Below, one piece after another: positions 36,916 through 50,243 of a stretch of 64,000 bases of DNA. Below the pieces are notes generated by a model. It was not told the DNA's origin. It saw only the letters and a program-made list of their open reading frames with translations, and did not search any database. Position 1 is the stretch's first letter. Each line of letters opens with the position of its first letter. Source of the stretch: Octopus sinensis (taxonomy: Eukaryota); NCBI RefSeq assembly GCF_006345805.1, contig NC_043009.1, positions 42,222,001-42,286,000 of the forward strand. Reading direction: 5' to 3'. A program made the position numbers and the translations under genes.

Positions 36916-38249
36916 TGTATATGTATTCATTTCTTCAAAATATAAGTACTTTTTCTTTCATTTGTAAATCCAAATGTATGTGTATGTATATATACATATA
37001 CACAAGTATACATCCAAATGTACGCACACGCACACACGCACACACTCGTATATATATGCAGTAATTGTGTGTAGATTATATGAATGTATAATACATATGT
37101 GTCATTGAATATATTTTTTCCCAAAAGTAATTTTTGTTTTCTGATTTGTTTTCTGATTTGTTTTAACAATTGCCAATGGCTTTTCTTTGAAAGATTATTT
37201 CAGACGTGATTGAGACAATAGTTATTTTGAGGGTGGGTGGGCAGGAGTGGAGGGATGCCATTGATTCTTCTTCGCTGTAAATGTGTGTCTTATTTTGCCA
37301 TTAACACAGCTTCTGATCCCAGACATTTTTTTTTTTGTTGTTTTTTTTCTTCCCTTCTCTTGGACCATTCAAAACACACATACACATACATGCAAACAGT
37401 TATACATACACGATGAATACAAACTCATACACATACGAAAATACACAGACGCATTAAAATATATACACAATTTATACATAACTACATATGTGCGTGTATG
37501 CATATATAACACACACATACGCACACACATATATATAAATATATGTGTATGTGAATATATATTGTATATATATATGTATGCATGTATATAAATATATATA
37601 TATTATATATAAGTATATATATATGTATATATATATATTATATATATGTATATATATATATAATATATATTATATATATATATGTGTATATATAATATAT
37701 ATATTATATATATATATATATTATATATATATATATATATAATATATATTATATATATATATACATCGGAGAAGAGTGAATGAGAATGAGAAAGTGATGT
37801 GATGTATATATATTTGAGTTAAAAAATAGACATTATTGTGTATTGGCATGCGGTAGCCAATCTTACATACGCAAACAAATTGTATCAAAACTATGAAACA
37901 TCATGAAGATCACATTTCATGATATGTTCCGCTGTTGTCTTGGATCACCATTCCTCATTCCTCCATCTCACACCACACCACATTCCTCTTATTTCTATTC
38001 CTAGTTTCAATAACACATTAAGGCGGGGTTGTTGTTTTTATTTCTTTTAGATTTTTGTATTAAAATATACAATTCTATGAATTGATGTTGATGCAAGACA
38101 ACACCTCAGGTCTAAGTGTCTGCCATGGCCCACTCCAACCCCATTCCTTTTCAATTCACATAATTTATGTTGTTAACATCTCTTGGAGAGTCATGAATGT
38201 TATGAACTCCCATTATTTTCTACTAAAAATACAATCCCATCCATGTATA

Positions 38250-38309
<60 letters not shown>

Positions 38310-38840
38310 GGTGATAAATCGTATGGTATACACTTGGTAGATTACCAGTAAAGCACGTTCACTTTCACAGTGTTTGTTGGAAATTTGATTAATGAGAGAG
38401 ATGGATACTCCTAAACCAGTTGATAAGTATACCACTCATGAGGGATCGATGCTAGATTGGTCAAAACAATTGTAATGATTAATAAACATTCTCGTATCTC
38501 CCATCTTCTATCTCTCTCATTAATCATATATATATATTATATATATAATATATATATATATATATACAAAAATTCTATAATTATGAGTATAATTATAATT
38601 AGTGTTCAGCAAAAATTTGCTTCACCACATACCGAAATTTAGAAATAGCAGTTAAAACTAACTATTTCACTACGATAAGGTAATTTCCCAGATTTATACA
38701 AATAATTATAGAATTTTTGTATAAGTTTACCAATAATGGTTCTTTTAATATACCAAACTACTTGGTAAAATTATTAATTATTAATTAATTAATTAATTTT
38801 ACCATTTATTATATATATATGTATATATATTATATATATA

Positions 38841-38915
<75 letters not shown>

Positions 38916-38918
<3 letters not shown>

Positions 38919-39890
38919 AGTTGGCTAAAACGTCCACTCCATTTTTAAAGGGAAAATAAGACTTTAATTTTAAGCACCAAGCGATTTTATTCAACCAGTT
39001 ATATTACTATTTAGTTCCTGTTTCTTCTACCATCTTGTGGGTAGATTCATTATTTCTTTCTCTCAGAATTTCCTATCTTTACTGATGAAAATCTCTTCCA
39101 AGTGAATTTTCACATCTCCTTTAGAGTTGAAGGTCTGTCCATTCAATGAAGAAACTAAAACAGGTGGAAATCTGAAGGATCAAGTATGGAGGGTGTAGCA
39201 AAACTTCTCAGCCAAGCCTCAGTGACTTCTGCCATGTCTGCAAAGAAGTGTGAATGTGTGGTTTGGTATTGTCATCAAGGGCAATGTCCTTACGGTTAGT
39301 AAGTTCCAGATGCTTCTGGAAGATCACTATATTTAATTTTGTTCAGCAGGTCACAATACACATCTGAAATGATGGTTCTACTCAGAGCAAGAAGCTCATA
39401 AAACAAAACTTTATTCGAATCCTACAAAATTAACAGCATAATCTTCTTCGAGTGAAGTCCTGTATTGGAAGTTGTTTGCAGTGCTTTGCACTTCACATTG
39501 CCATATAAGATTCATTTTTCACTTACAGTCACCTTTCTCTTCAAACAAACAACAGCTGTTTTCTTTACACACTTGCAATGAATGGCAGATAAACATCCAT
39601 TGGGCCATATTCTCCTTATTTAACTGGCGTAGAACCTAAAATCGAACCTGCTGACATAACCAAGTTGATGCAGAAGGCTTTCAAACACTCATTTGGGATA
39701 TTTAGGGAATCTCTACGATCACTCTGGTCATATAACAGGGGTCAGTGTCAACTAACTCCGTTATTTTGTTACTGTTAATTTCTGTTGGTCAGCTAGAGTG
39801 AGGACCAAAATCTTGAAGACAAGAGGACCAAAATCCCGAAGACAACTTCTGGTGCACCTGTTCTATAACACCATTCTCTCTCACACACCA
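38916..39890 (-). mobile_element. Highly decayed mariner element
   Basis: TA followed by TIR-like TTGAGTTGGCTAAAACGTCCACTCC; minus strand gives WVLRQLNKENMAQWMFICHSL (a WVPHEL-region relic). Confidence 0.65.
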
Positions 39891-40494
39891 TAAAAGAAAA
39901 GTATTGTTTGTGAGCAGTGAGTCTTTACCTGCTGTTGTTTTTAACTCTTTTGATACCAGAACCATCTGAGACCATCTTAGATTATATGATGTAAATTTAC
40001 CATTCCAAAATGATCTAAATTAAAATCCTTCCATTGAAACTCATGTTAATTGATATCAAACACCAGTTTAATGATAATGAAGTTATGTTGCTAAATATTT
40101 CATTCTTTTCAAAATTAAGTAGTGTATTCCAACAGAGATATGGTAACAGAAAGGTTAAAATAAATTAAGGAATAACAGAACTATGAGACTTATATAGTTT
40201 GTATTACCTTGTAACAGATATGTATTGGGGTATAATGAGCATAGTGTTGTTGTTCCAGCTGGTCAAAGATTAGCTTTCATCTTGCAAATATTTAAGAGAA
40301 ACAGTAACTAAATCAAAGACTTTGATTTTAGAAAGTCTGTGGATGCCACAAAGACAATCTCTTCTTGACCAATTCAAGAAAAAAATTTCTTCCACACAAA
40401 ACATTATATAACAAAATAGAAAATTGTGATTCAGATATATTATATACACACTCATATATACATGCATAAATACTTAGCTACATAAATGCATACA

Positions 40495-40528
<34 letters not shown>

Positions 40529-41751
40529 ATTTTAAGAGAGTATTTTTATGTACACATATACACGTATCAATTTATACAAATGTATAAAGATATACATGTT
40601 TATGTGCATGAAAAGGCATGTGCAGACATAATAGATCTCCTCTCGATGTTTGATTTAGTAACTATGTATCAGTTGCTGTCATCCCACTTTCATGATGTTG
40701 TTTGAAAATGGTCTGGTCTGTGATGCTTATTTTTTTTTTCCAACTGATCTCTAGGTTGTAAGCTTTGTCCAAAACATTGCACTTTCTTTTTAAGAGATTG
40801 GTAATCTGTTTCCTAAGCTGTCGTATCTTCTTTACTATAAGGTAAGATTGCCTTTGTGGTCACAGAGAAATTTACTCAACTAACTATTTGGTTCCATAAA
40901 ATCCAGGTGAAAACCACACAAAATAGACTCACAACAAGAATAATATCCAATTTCTTGAGAAATCAAATGCTAATTCCTTCATGTATATATTGCAGCTTTA
41001 ATCAGGAGAATATTCTTTGTATAAGAGCTTAGCCTTTATTACAAAGATATTCATGTCAGTTCCAAATAAATAAATAAAAAGACAAAAGCATTTTCTTTGT
41101 GTTAGATCTAGCTGCTTGTCAGGTTATATAAAGCTGGCTTCCATGGTTTTGTCAAGAGATTTATAATCCGTTATTGGTTTATTACAATTGCCAGAATTCT
41201 CCGGAAGCTCAGCAAAACGTCAATTGTTTTCAGCATGTATTTTAATAAAACTGATAGATTTACAATGGCCATCTTACATATTCATAGATTTTTTCTGCTG
41301 TTTTATCTTGGAGTCTCTATTTCCATATCAATTTAACCTTTGCCACCAGACCCTTGCTAACACAAACACAACTGCACATCAAACTCTACATAAAAAAATA
41401 ATAATAAGCATCTATATCTACGGTGGACTCAGTGGGTGTGTTGGGTGGTTGGAAGGAAATACTTCGCCAGCCTTTGGTATTTAATGGTTAGCTTTGCTCC
41501 ACACTGTCTTGTTAGCTTTCTCATTCTCTAGATAACCTTAACTATTCTCTTTTCTTTCACCAGATTACATTAAACAGCCTGTAAGGAACATAAATGGCGT
41601 TCTTTTTATTCATAGCCACCATATTTTTTTTACTTGATGTCGACACTTTTATTTCATTTCTCAACCCAGGGTGGATAGCTCGTTTTCACTCCTACAGCTC
41701 ATTAATTCAACTATTTATTCATGTGTACAAGTTTATACATGTATCTATTCA

Positions 41752-41819
<68 letters not shown>

Positions 41820-41823
41820 TATT

Positions 41824-41855
<32 letters not shown>

Positions 41856-42259
41856 TATTTGTATGTATGTATGTAGGTGTGTATGTAGGAATGTATTTAT
41901 ATGTGTTTTATTGTTAGTGTAGTCTAATAGTACATGTATTAGTTAGATGCGTATGTGTGTGTGTATGCATTATTACATATAATTTAAGTTAAATCATCCA
42001 TAAATATAGGATTACAAAAGGAACAAAACAACACCGTACAGGTGGGAATCAAACCAAACTCCCTGTTCTTAGATTGTCACTGAAACTTTTATCTTTAAAG
42101 CTTCTGTCTTTGTTGTTGTTGCTGCTGCTGCTGCTAGTGATTGTACTGTTGTCTTAGTGTTGATGATGAATATGTGGCTAACTTGATATACAAAATTCAT
42201 TTTATGGCTGCAGTTTTATAAATATGTATTTTATACACACACACACACACAATATATAA

Positions 42260-42304
<45 letters not shown>

Positions 42305-42690
42305 GGTATATATATATATATAAAATGGGCTAAGTCAACAATTAGGACACAGGAACATTTTTAGAAGTCTCTTGTAGATTCAGTTGTTGTGGAGGTTGAT
42401 ATATATATGATGATGATGATATATATATACCTCGTTCAGATATATATATATATATATACACATGCACATATATATATTCATACATATGTATATTGACACA
42501 CACACACATATATATAGAGAGAGATATATATACATATATACACATATGCATATACATATGCAGACACATATGCACAAATAATATATTGTGTTTTAGCTCA
42601 CAAATCAAAAGGTTGACAAATTCTTATCCTGTCATAGGTTTGGTAAATGTGTAAATGGTCAAGAAGGAAAAATTTCAGTGACTCATTCCA

Positions 42691-42885
42691 CTAATCTGCA
42701 GACAGATGCCATGGAGTATTAAAGCCTATGTCTCTGTACTTGGACTTATATTGTGAGAATGATGATGAGCATGATGATGTAGGAAATAAAAAATCCTGTG
42801 TCATCAAATTATGGTTTCCTTTTGGTTTCTGAGCGCTGTATTGTAGGAAAGGCTCTTCATCAACAAGTCTACATAAGGATTTGAG
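42691..42885 (-). CDS. Candidate exon of an unidentified minus-strand gene
   Basis: Strong acceptor TTTTTTTTTCCTGTTCCTAATTTTAG|, then 64 stop-free codons LKSLCRLVDEEPFLQYSAQKPKG...WHLSAD*. No homolog recognised. Confidence 0.3.
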   Translation of the reverse strand, partial: LKSLCRLVDEEPFLQYSAQKPKGNHNLMTQDFLFPTSSCSSSFSQYKSKYRDIGFNTPWHLSAD

Positions 42886-42933
42886 CTAAAATTAGGAACA
42901 GGAAAAAAAACTAATAAATGAATGGTTTGTGAA

Positions 42934-43610
42934 CCCTTTCACATTTAAACCAGCCATATCTGGTAAAACTATTCTATTTGTTATATGTTCAAACCAGCCA
43001 GGTCTGACCTCTCACACCGCCCCTGCAATGTCAATCTGAAATTAAACAATCACACCATCATCATCATCATCATCATCGTCATCATCGTTTAACGCCCACT
43101 TTCCATGCTAGCATGGGTTGGACGATTTGACTGAGGGCTGGTGAACCAGATGGCTGCACCAGGCTCCAATCTTGATCTGGCAGAGTTTCTACAGCTGGAT
43201 GCCCTTCCTAATGCCAACCACTCTGAGAATGTAGTGGGTGCTTTTATGTGCCACCGGCACGGGGGCCAGTCAGGCGGTACTGGCAACGACCTCGCTCGAA
43301 TCTTTTTACACATGCAGGTGTCAGTAAGGCAACGCTGGTAACAATCATGCTTGAATGGTACCTTTTATGTGCCACCGTCACAGAAGCCAGTTAGCCGCTC
43401 TGGCAATAATCTCACTCAGATGGTGCTCTTGGCACCCTACTAGCGTGGGGTACAAGTACCAGTAAGATGATGCTGGTAACGATCTCACGCGAATGGTGCC
43501 TTTTATGTGCCATCATTGAAATTTCAAAGTTATGAGATAATGCATGATTAATTCAAAACAATGTGAATAAATAAGCATTCCATAGACAGAGTAATCTGAA
43601 TGCGAGAGGA
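42934..43610. mobile_element. piggyBac-type (TTAA) MITE interrupted by an RTE tail
   Basis: Left part 42934-43055 and right part 43510-43610 followed by TTAA; homologous to 61251-61943. Confidence 0.7.
43056..43510 (-). mobile_element. RTE LINE 3' UTR fragment
   Basis: (ATC)n then TTTAACGCCCACTTTCCATGCTAGCATGGGTTGG, as in 32640. Confidence 0.9.
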
Positions 43611-43614
43611 TTAA

Positions 43615-43838
43615 CCCATTAAGTCCCACTGTCCCATAAAAAGGACACTAAATGAGAACATTAAATAAGCTATATCACATTGTCTCAGTATCATATTTAT
43701 AGGACACTGAGTATTTCCATTTCTACTTGAAGTAAAGGAGTTTTAATAATTATTTTTTTCATTTTAACCTTTTTTCAATCATCTGTAACAAATTTAGAAG
43801 TAATATTCAGAAATTTAAGTACTCTGGGACTTAATGGG
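43615..43838. mobile_element. 224-bp piggyBac-type MITE
   Basis: Perfect 14-bp TIR CCCATTAAGTCCCA / TGGGACTTAATGGG with TTAA at 43611-43614 and 43839-43842. Confidence 0.92.
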
Positions 43839-44080
43839 TTAAGTCAACAATTAGGGCACAGGAACATTTTTAGAAGTGTCTTGTAGATTCAGTTACTTGT
43901 GAAGGTTGAAAACTTTAACAGTTAATGTTTGTGCCCTCCATCAGGGAGTAAAAAGGAGTAAAGGGTGGGACAGAGTGACAGAAAATAGTAAAGGTATTGC
44001 CCATCAAATCAATAATAGTTAAAGGATGAAGAAAGTTATTAGAAGCGCAGATTGAAGACTTTAATGTTTAGGGTTTTTAC

Positions 44081-44095
44081 CTCCTTGCTCGTCAT
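44081..44095 (-). CDS. Candidate 15-nt frame-preserving microexon
   Basis: About 45-nt polypyrimidine tract ending CTTTTAG|ATGACGAGCAAGGAG|GTAAAA on the minus strand. Confidence 0.3.
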
Positions 44096-44349
44096 CTAAA
44101 AGTAAGGAGGGGGAAAGATAAGAGAAAAAGAAAGAGAGAAAGTTTTGCTTTTGGTTGCCTCAAATTTTGCGAAATGTCACTAAATGGAAAACAGTTTTGT
44201 TTTTTATTTCTCCCACTCTCAGACAAAGAGCAAGAACTCATGACATTATATTCTTTTCTTTCTTTGGTAAGTTAACTTACCAAAATCTAATAGAAGCTCT
44301 TCTATATTAGGAACTGAACAATTCTCTCAAGTTTATTCAATTTTAGAAA

Positions 44350-44780
44350 TACTCTTTACTCTTTTACTTGTTTCAGTCATTTGACTGCAGCCATGCTGGA
44401 GCACCACCTTTAGTCAAGCAAATCAACCCCAGGACTTATTCTCTGTAAGCCTAGTACTTATTCTATCAGTCTCTTTTGCTGAACCACTAAGTTATGGGGA
44501 CGTAAACACACCAGCTTCGGTTGTCAAGCAATGTCGAGGGCACAAACACTGATGCACAAACACATACACACACACACACACCTACATATATATATATATA
44601 TATATATACATGTATACGACGGGCTTCTTTCAGTTTCTGTCTACCAAATCCACTCATAAGGCTTTGGTCAGTCCGAGGCTATAATAGAAGACACTTACCC
44701 AAGGTGCCATGCAGTGGGACTCAACTCGGAACCATATGGTTCGTTAGCAAGCTACTTACCACACAGCCACTCCTACGCCT
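44350..44780 (-). mobile_element. SINE family A with strong CpG decay
   Basis: Homolog retaining only 2 of 11 scored CpGs in the 3' half. Confidence 0.92.
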
Positions 44781-45916
44781 ATTTTGTAGCATAATAATCA
44801 CTGCATTTTGGAAGTATGCACTCTGTTTATGGAAATGTAATTCTGGGAGAAAACTTTTTTATTTTCACCAATGTCCTATCTACATGATCAGGCAGTTACC
44901 AGTAGGCACACACTAAATACTAAATATACTAAATTAGTATATAAACCAGCAATGTGTTCATGCCCATCATTGAGCAAGAATCACCAAACAACGGCCACCT
45001 GCATAGTCGTTTATTTCTATTCTCTTTACTTTAACTATCCAAGGATACTCAAACAGCATCACAGAAGATGCACAGTAATTTTCAAAGTATTTATTTTACA
45101 AAAAAGTGCATTTTCCATACTGAAAAATACCATAATTATATTTACATTAATTATGTTTAAGTTATATAACATTCAGTGACATCTTATCAGAAACATTTTG
45201 TATCCAACAAAATTTTCAGAAAATTATAATTTTTTTTTTCTTTTAGTGGCAGATGGATAGTAAAAATGATTTGCATATTTAAGAAAAAATATTTGATTTA
45301 CTTTAATTGAAACAACTTGGTGTAAATAAATAGAAAATATAATTTTGTAATATTTTGTAAAATTACATTTACTCTTCATGGAATTAAGATTATTACCTTT
45401 CATAAATCTAAGTTTTCAGATTCTTATTTTCTACTTGTAAATGTATATTTTCAAAACATAATAATTTGTTTTTATTTCATTATTTTATTCTAATTTATAT
45501 TTTTTTCTCTACATCAGCAATAATTTAGATGCCAAACTTCCAGGATCAAAAACATACACACATATATATACACACATTCATATAAATATACATTAAAAAA
45601 ATAAATATTACTATGGATATAATTTCTGTTTTACTCTATCATTAAATATATCTCGTTCATAATGAAGGATGCTTAAAACAATTAACAAATTCTGATAATG
45701 TTAATTAATTTAGGTGGGAGACAAGTTGAAACTGAAATGTTTGAATGACTAATTAAAAATAATACTCCATTCTCTCTTCTCTCTCTATCTCTTTTTCCCA
45801 CAATTTCTCTCTCTCTCTCTCTCTCTCTCCCTATCTCCCATCTCAAGTGCATGTTCATCCATTGGATGTTAATGAAATTGAACAAACTAATTAGCAAGAA
45901 TATATACATATATACA

Positions 45917-45952
<36 letters not shown>

Positions 45953-46530
45953 CACACACACAGACATATATATACACATATATATACCTATATGTATAGA
46001 TACATATACATAGATATGCATGTACATACATATATATTTACACACACACATATATCTATGCATATGCATATTTTTACATATATATATATAAATATCTATA
46101 TATATGCATGTGTATATACATATATACATGTACATGTGTGTATGTATATATATATAAATGTACGTGTGTGTGTTTGTGTTTGTGTGTGTTTTAATTTGTA
46201 ACATGTTTTGGGGGATGCAATCTTATGTTGATGCTGTCACTTTATACTTAAAATTTAAGATACATGGCATGGGAAGATCGTTTTGATATTAAAAAGACAC
46301 TTGCACTCTTTCTTTTTATTTAAGTATTGAGCAAGAATTTTTCCTCATGCCATTCCTGTGACCTTCTCAAATGACTCTCTATCTGCAATCGGCTGCTGAT
46401 TTTTTGTTTCTAGCATTCTTTGTGTGTGTTGTCCTAATACGGGCACATAACATCACCTGCACAGAGCATACACACACGTACACACAACGTATTGAAAACA
46501 ATGACGCATTTAACAATCTAAGTATATATG

Positions 46531-47730
46531 CGAGGTGATATCAAAAAGTTTTGTAGCACGCCAACAGGTGGTAGCACATGGCTGCATGCACAGTGAGAGC
46601 TAGCAGTGACCTTTAGGAGGAAATGTGCCAAAATAACATCACTGTGTTTATTTCGAAAAGGTGTGTGAAATTTGTGTTTTTGTGATCACGTGTATGCTGT
46701 AGCCTGCGATTTTTGCCATGGATAGGAAGTTGGAACAAAGAGCAAGCATGAAATTTTGCATTAATCTTAGAAAGTCTGCTACAGAGACATGGAGCATGCT
46801 TTGGCAAGCTTATGGTGATGAGGCAATGGGTTGTACACAATGTTTCATGTAGCAAGGGCATATGACAGAGCCACACCTCAATGTAGAGCATGCTCATCAT
46901 TTTTGCCAACATCTGTGGTATTGTGCATTGAGTATTAGTTTCTCAGAGCCAGACAATTCATCAAGGGTTATACTACAACGTTTTGAAACGACTGAGGGAG
47001 GAAATTTGGTAAAAGTGACCATAGGCGCAGGAGTGGCTGTGTGGTAAGTAGCTATAGGTGTAGGAGTGGCTGTGTGGTAAGTAGCTTGCTTGCCAACCAC
47101 ATGGTTCCGAGTTCAGTCCCACTGCATGGCACCTTGGGCAAGTGTCTTCTACTATAGCCTCAGGCCAGCCAAAACCTTGTGAGTGGATTTGGTAGATGGA
47201 AACTGAAAGGAGCCCATCGTATATATGTATATGTGTGTGTGTGTTTGTGTGTGTGTGTTGTGTGTGTGTGTGTGCGGGTGTGTGAATGTTTGTGTGTTTG
47301 TGTTTGTCCCCCCAGCATCGCTTGACAACTGATGCTGGTGTGTTTACGTCCCTATCACTTAGCAGTTCAGCAAAAGCAACCGATAGAATAAGTACTAGGC
47401 TTACAAAGAATAAGTATTGGGGTCGATTTCTTTGACTAAAGGCGGTGCTCCAGCATGGCCGCAGTCAAATGACTGATACAAGTTAAAGAGTAAAAGAGTA
47501 AAAGAGTAAAGAGTTATGTGGAGCATGTAAAATTGGATTCTTCCCGACAACAATGCCCCATGTCACCAAGATCTCCTCACTCGTGAGATTCTTACCAAAA
47601 GAAAAAAATGATATCATTTTCGCACCCACCCTATTTGCCAGATTTAGCCCCTGTGGACTTCCATCTCTTCCCCAAGATAGAAATGCAGCTCAAAGGTAAC
47701 CGTTTTAACACGGTTATCAAGATTTCAAGA
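46531..47730 (+). mobile_element. Internally deleted mariner (irritans-like) interrupted by a SINE
   Basis: TIR-like CGAGGTGATATCAAAAAGT; MDRKLEQRASMKFCINLRKSATETWSML; later MLIIFANICGIVH, VLKRLREEI, DNNAPCH, HPPYLPDLAPVDFHLFPK. Confidence 0.85.
47021..47514 (+). mobile_element. SINE family A with a duplicated 33-bp 5' end
   Basis: ATAGGCGCAGGAGTGGCTGTGTGGTAAGTAGCT (47021-47053) is followed by ATAGGTGTAGGAGTGGCTGTGTGGTAAGTAGCT (47054-47086). Confidence 0.93.
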
Positions 47731-47864
47731 TTCCAGATGTGACAGGTGTACTGGTGTGCAAAGTGACTATTTTGAAGGAGTTGATGGTAAAACTTTTACA
47801 ACATATGCATATATTGATTGATGCATATGTAGTAAAACAAGATGGTTAGGTAGCATTACTGATG

Positions 47865-48425
47865 CTTCTTCTTCTTCTTCTTCTTCTTCTTCTTCTTCTT
47901 CTTCTTCTTCTTCTTCTTCTTCTTCTTCTTCTTCTTCCAATCAGGACTCACGCCATTAGCCACAAAGAATAATCTCTAATTCGAGCCTACTCTAAGCTAC
48001 TAAGAATGAGTGTGGCAACTTGAAGATCCACCCACCACATGCGATAGACTGACAGTTGCACGGGCGTGAAAACTACGTTGTTATCCTCATTCCGTAAACA
48101 GTGGCTTTTAACGGGTGGAGAGCTGAACCATCCTGGGGTACAGAGGATTCGCAATCTAGACTAGGGTCTGAAAGTTTACCACACCATAGTGGGTTACACC
48201 ATGGTTCCTCTGCTTTGTGGCAGAAGTAGGAAGAAGGAGTAAGAGAAAGTTGTGGTGAAAGAGTACAGCGGGGTTCACCCTCCACCTCACCCCACCCCCC
48301 GCCGGAGCTTCATGGAGCTTAGGTGTTTTTGCTCAATAAACACTCACAATGCTTGCTCTGGGAATCGAAACCATGATCTTACGACCATGAGCTGCTGCTC
48401 TAACCACTGGGCCATTGCGCCTCCA
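47865..48425 (-). mobile_element. SINE family C long form with a long (GAA)n tail
   Basis: Reverse homolog of 6938-7425; (CTT)n at 47865-47937. Confidence 0.92.
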
Positions 48426-48948
48426 CTTGCTAATGCAGACCTGCCTGAGGATGAACAAGAGAAATTACAACTCTCTTGTAATTCTGCTCCCCATGATGAA
48501 TGTTTCTGGGTGTTTCTTCTTCAAGATGAGCCAAGTGAGAATTCTTCCGAATGTTGTAGCTTTCCTATACAAAGGCAGGCACCACATAAAATTACTCACG
48601 CAAGATTACCCTCCATGAATAAGAAGCATTAGTATTAACTAGAGAACAAATATAAACTAGAGTTAAACATTAAGCAATATATATATAATCTTTAATCTTT
48701 TACCAGTAAACATCCAACTGGATAAGATGTAGAAAGAGTGTAATATGGGAAATATTTATGATCCTAATAGTAGTATATAATTTGTTGAAACTCTACAAAT
48801 TCTATGTATATATTTTATTATCATTTTCCCTGCTGGCATGGGTTGAATAGTTTGACAGGAGCTAATTAGGTAGAAGACTGCACCTGACTTCACTGTCTGT
48901 TTTGGCATGGTTTTTTAGGGCTGGATGCCCTTCCTAACCCCAACTACC

Positions 48949-48979
<31 letters not shown>

Positions 48980-48984
48980 TATAT

Positions 48985-49148
48985 ACAATAGGCTTCTTCC
49001 AGTTCCCATCTACTAAATCCATTCACAAAGTTTTGGTCAGCCCAAGACTATAGTAGAAAACACTTGCCCAAGGTGCCACACAGTGGGACTGAACCTTGAA
49101 CCATGTGGTTTGGAAACCAGCGTTTTACCACACAGCCACTCCTGTGCC
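48985..49148 (-). mobile_element. SINE family A 5' half
   Basis: Homology. Confidence 0.8.
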
Positions 49149-49689
49149 TTATATATTGACAGAAATTTCATGAGTAGAATTCTCTACGACAATCTAAATT
49201 TCTTTCTTATTTTCTGATGAGAACTGACTTATCAACAATATTCATTTTTATCAAACATTCTAACCAACTTCTATCAGTTATTGCTTGATTTCATTTTTAA
49301 TTAGGATCCTAATTACTGTTTGAAGCAGATACACACCTATGATGAAGCAGTTGTCCAAGTATATTAAGGGAATAGATATTCGGATCGAGTTATAATAAAC
49401 TAAAATATTGAATAGAAATACTATGGTGCATTTTATTTAACTGCTGAAAGAATACATTTCCACGTTCTTGTGTCTAATTTACACAAAAAATATCAAACAA
49501 GGAAGCTGTACAACTCATAAGAAATTATATTATACACGTGAATTTTATGTATACATCTAAGTGCTGATCTCTAACTATGGAGAGAATCTGTGGAAGCGGG
49601 TAGACCCAGCAAGACATGGGACAGTGTGGTGAAGCATGATGTTGGGTCTCACAGAGGGGATGACAATTGATTGAGACCTTTGGCAATTT

Positions 49690-49990
49690 GCAGTGCTTGA
49701 GAAGGCACATCAAGCCAAGTGAAATCCTAAATGTGGACTGTGCCAGTGACATGTAAAAGGCGCTTGTACCAGTGCTATGTAAAAGCACCCATAACACTCT
49801 TGGATTAGTTGGTGTTGAGAAGGGCATCAAGTCGTAGAAACCAAGCCAAAATCAGACTGCAGCCTGGGACAGCTGTCCAGCTTACCACTTCCAGTCACAC
49901 CATTCAATGCATGCCAGTATGGAAAATAGATGCTAAATGATGATGATGATTATGATGATGATGATGATGATGATGATGAGGATGATGATG
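49690..49990 (+). mobile_element. Decayed RTE 3' UTR with (GAT)n tail
   Basis: Sense-orientation homolog of 32640-32830. Confidence 0.7.
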
Positions 49991-50023
49991 ATGATGGTGA
50001 TGATGGTGATGATATATTACATA

Positions 50024-50243
50024 CAGGGTGGCCGAAAAGTAGGTTTGAAGTTATCATGTAAGCATTTAAATTTCTTTTGAAACAATTTATTACATTTAAA
50101 TTTCTATCTTACAAACTGAAAAGGGAGCTTGACAAAATTAACTAAATTAGCATAGAATAATGGTTTCATATTTCTTTTATAATTAAGATCTAAACTGTTA
50201 ATATATGAATGTGAAAGAGATAGCTGAATAACTGTAAACCTAC
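50024..50243. mobile_element. Second, inverted copy of the 34020 MITE
   Basis: CAGGGTGGCCGAAAAGTAGGTTT start; interior is the reverse complement of 34055-34200. Confidence 0.85.

Noticed and set aside
48252-48632. 126-aa + strand ORF
   Set aside because: The first half is an antisense SINE; the remainder has no recognisable domain or flanking splice sites on +.
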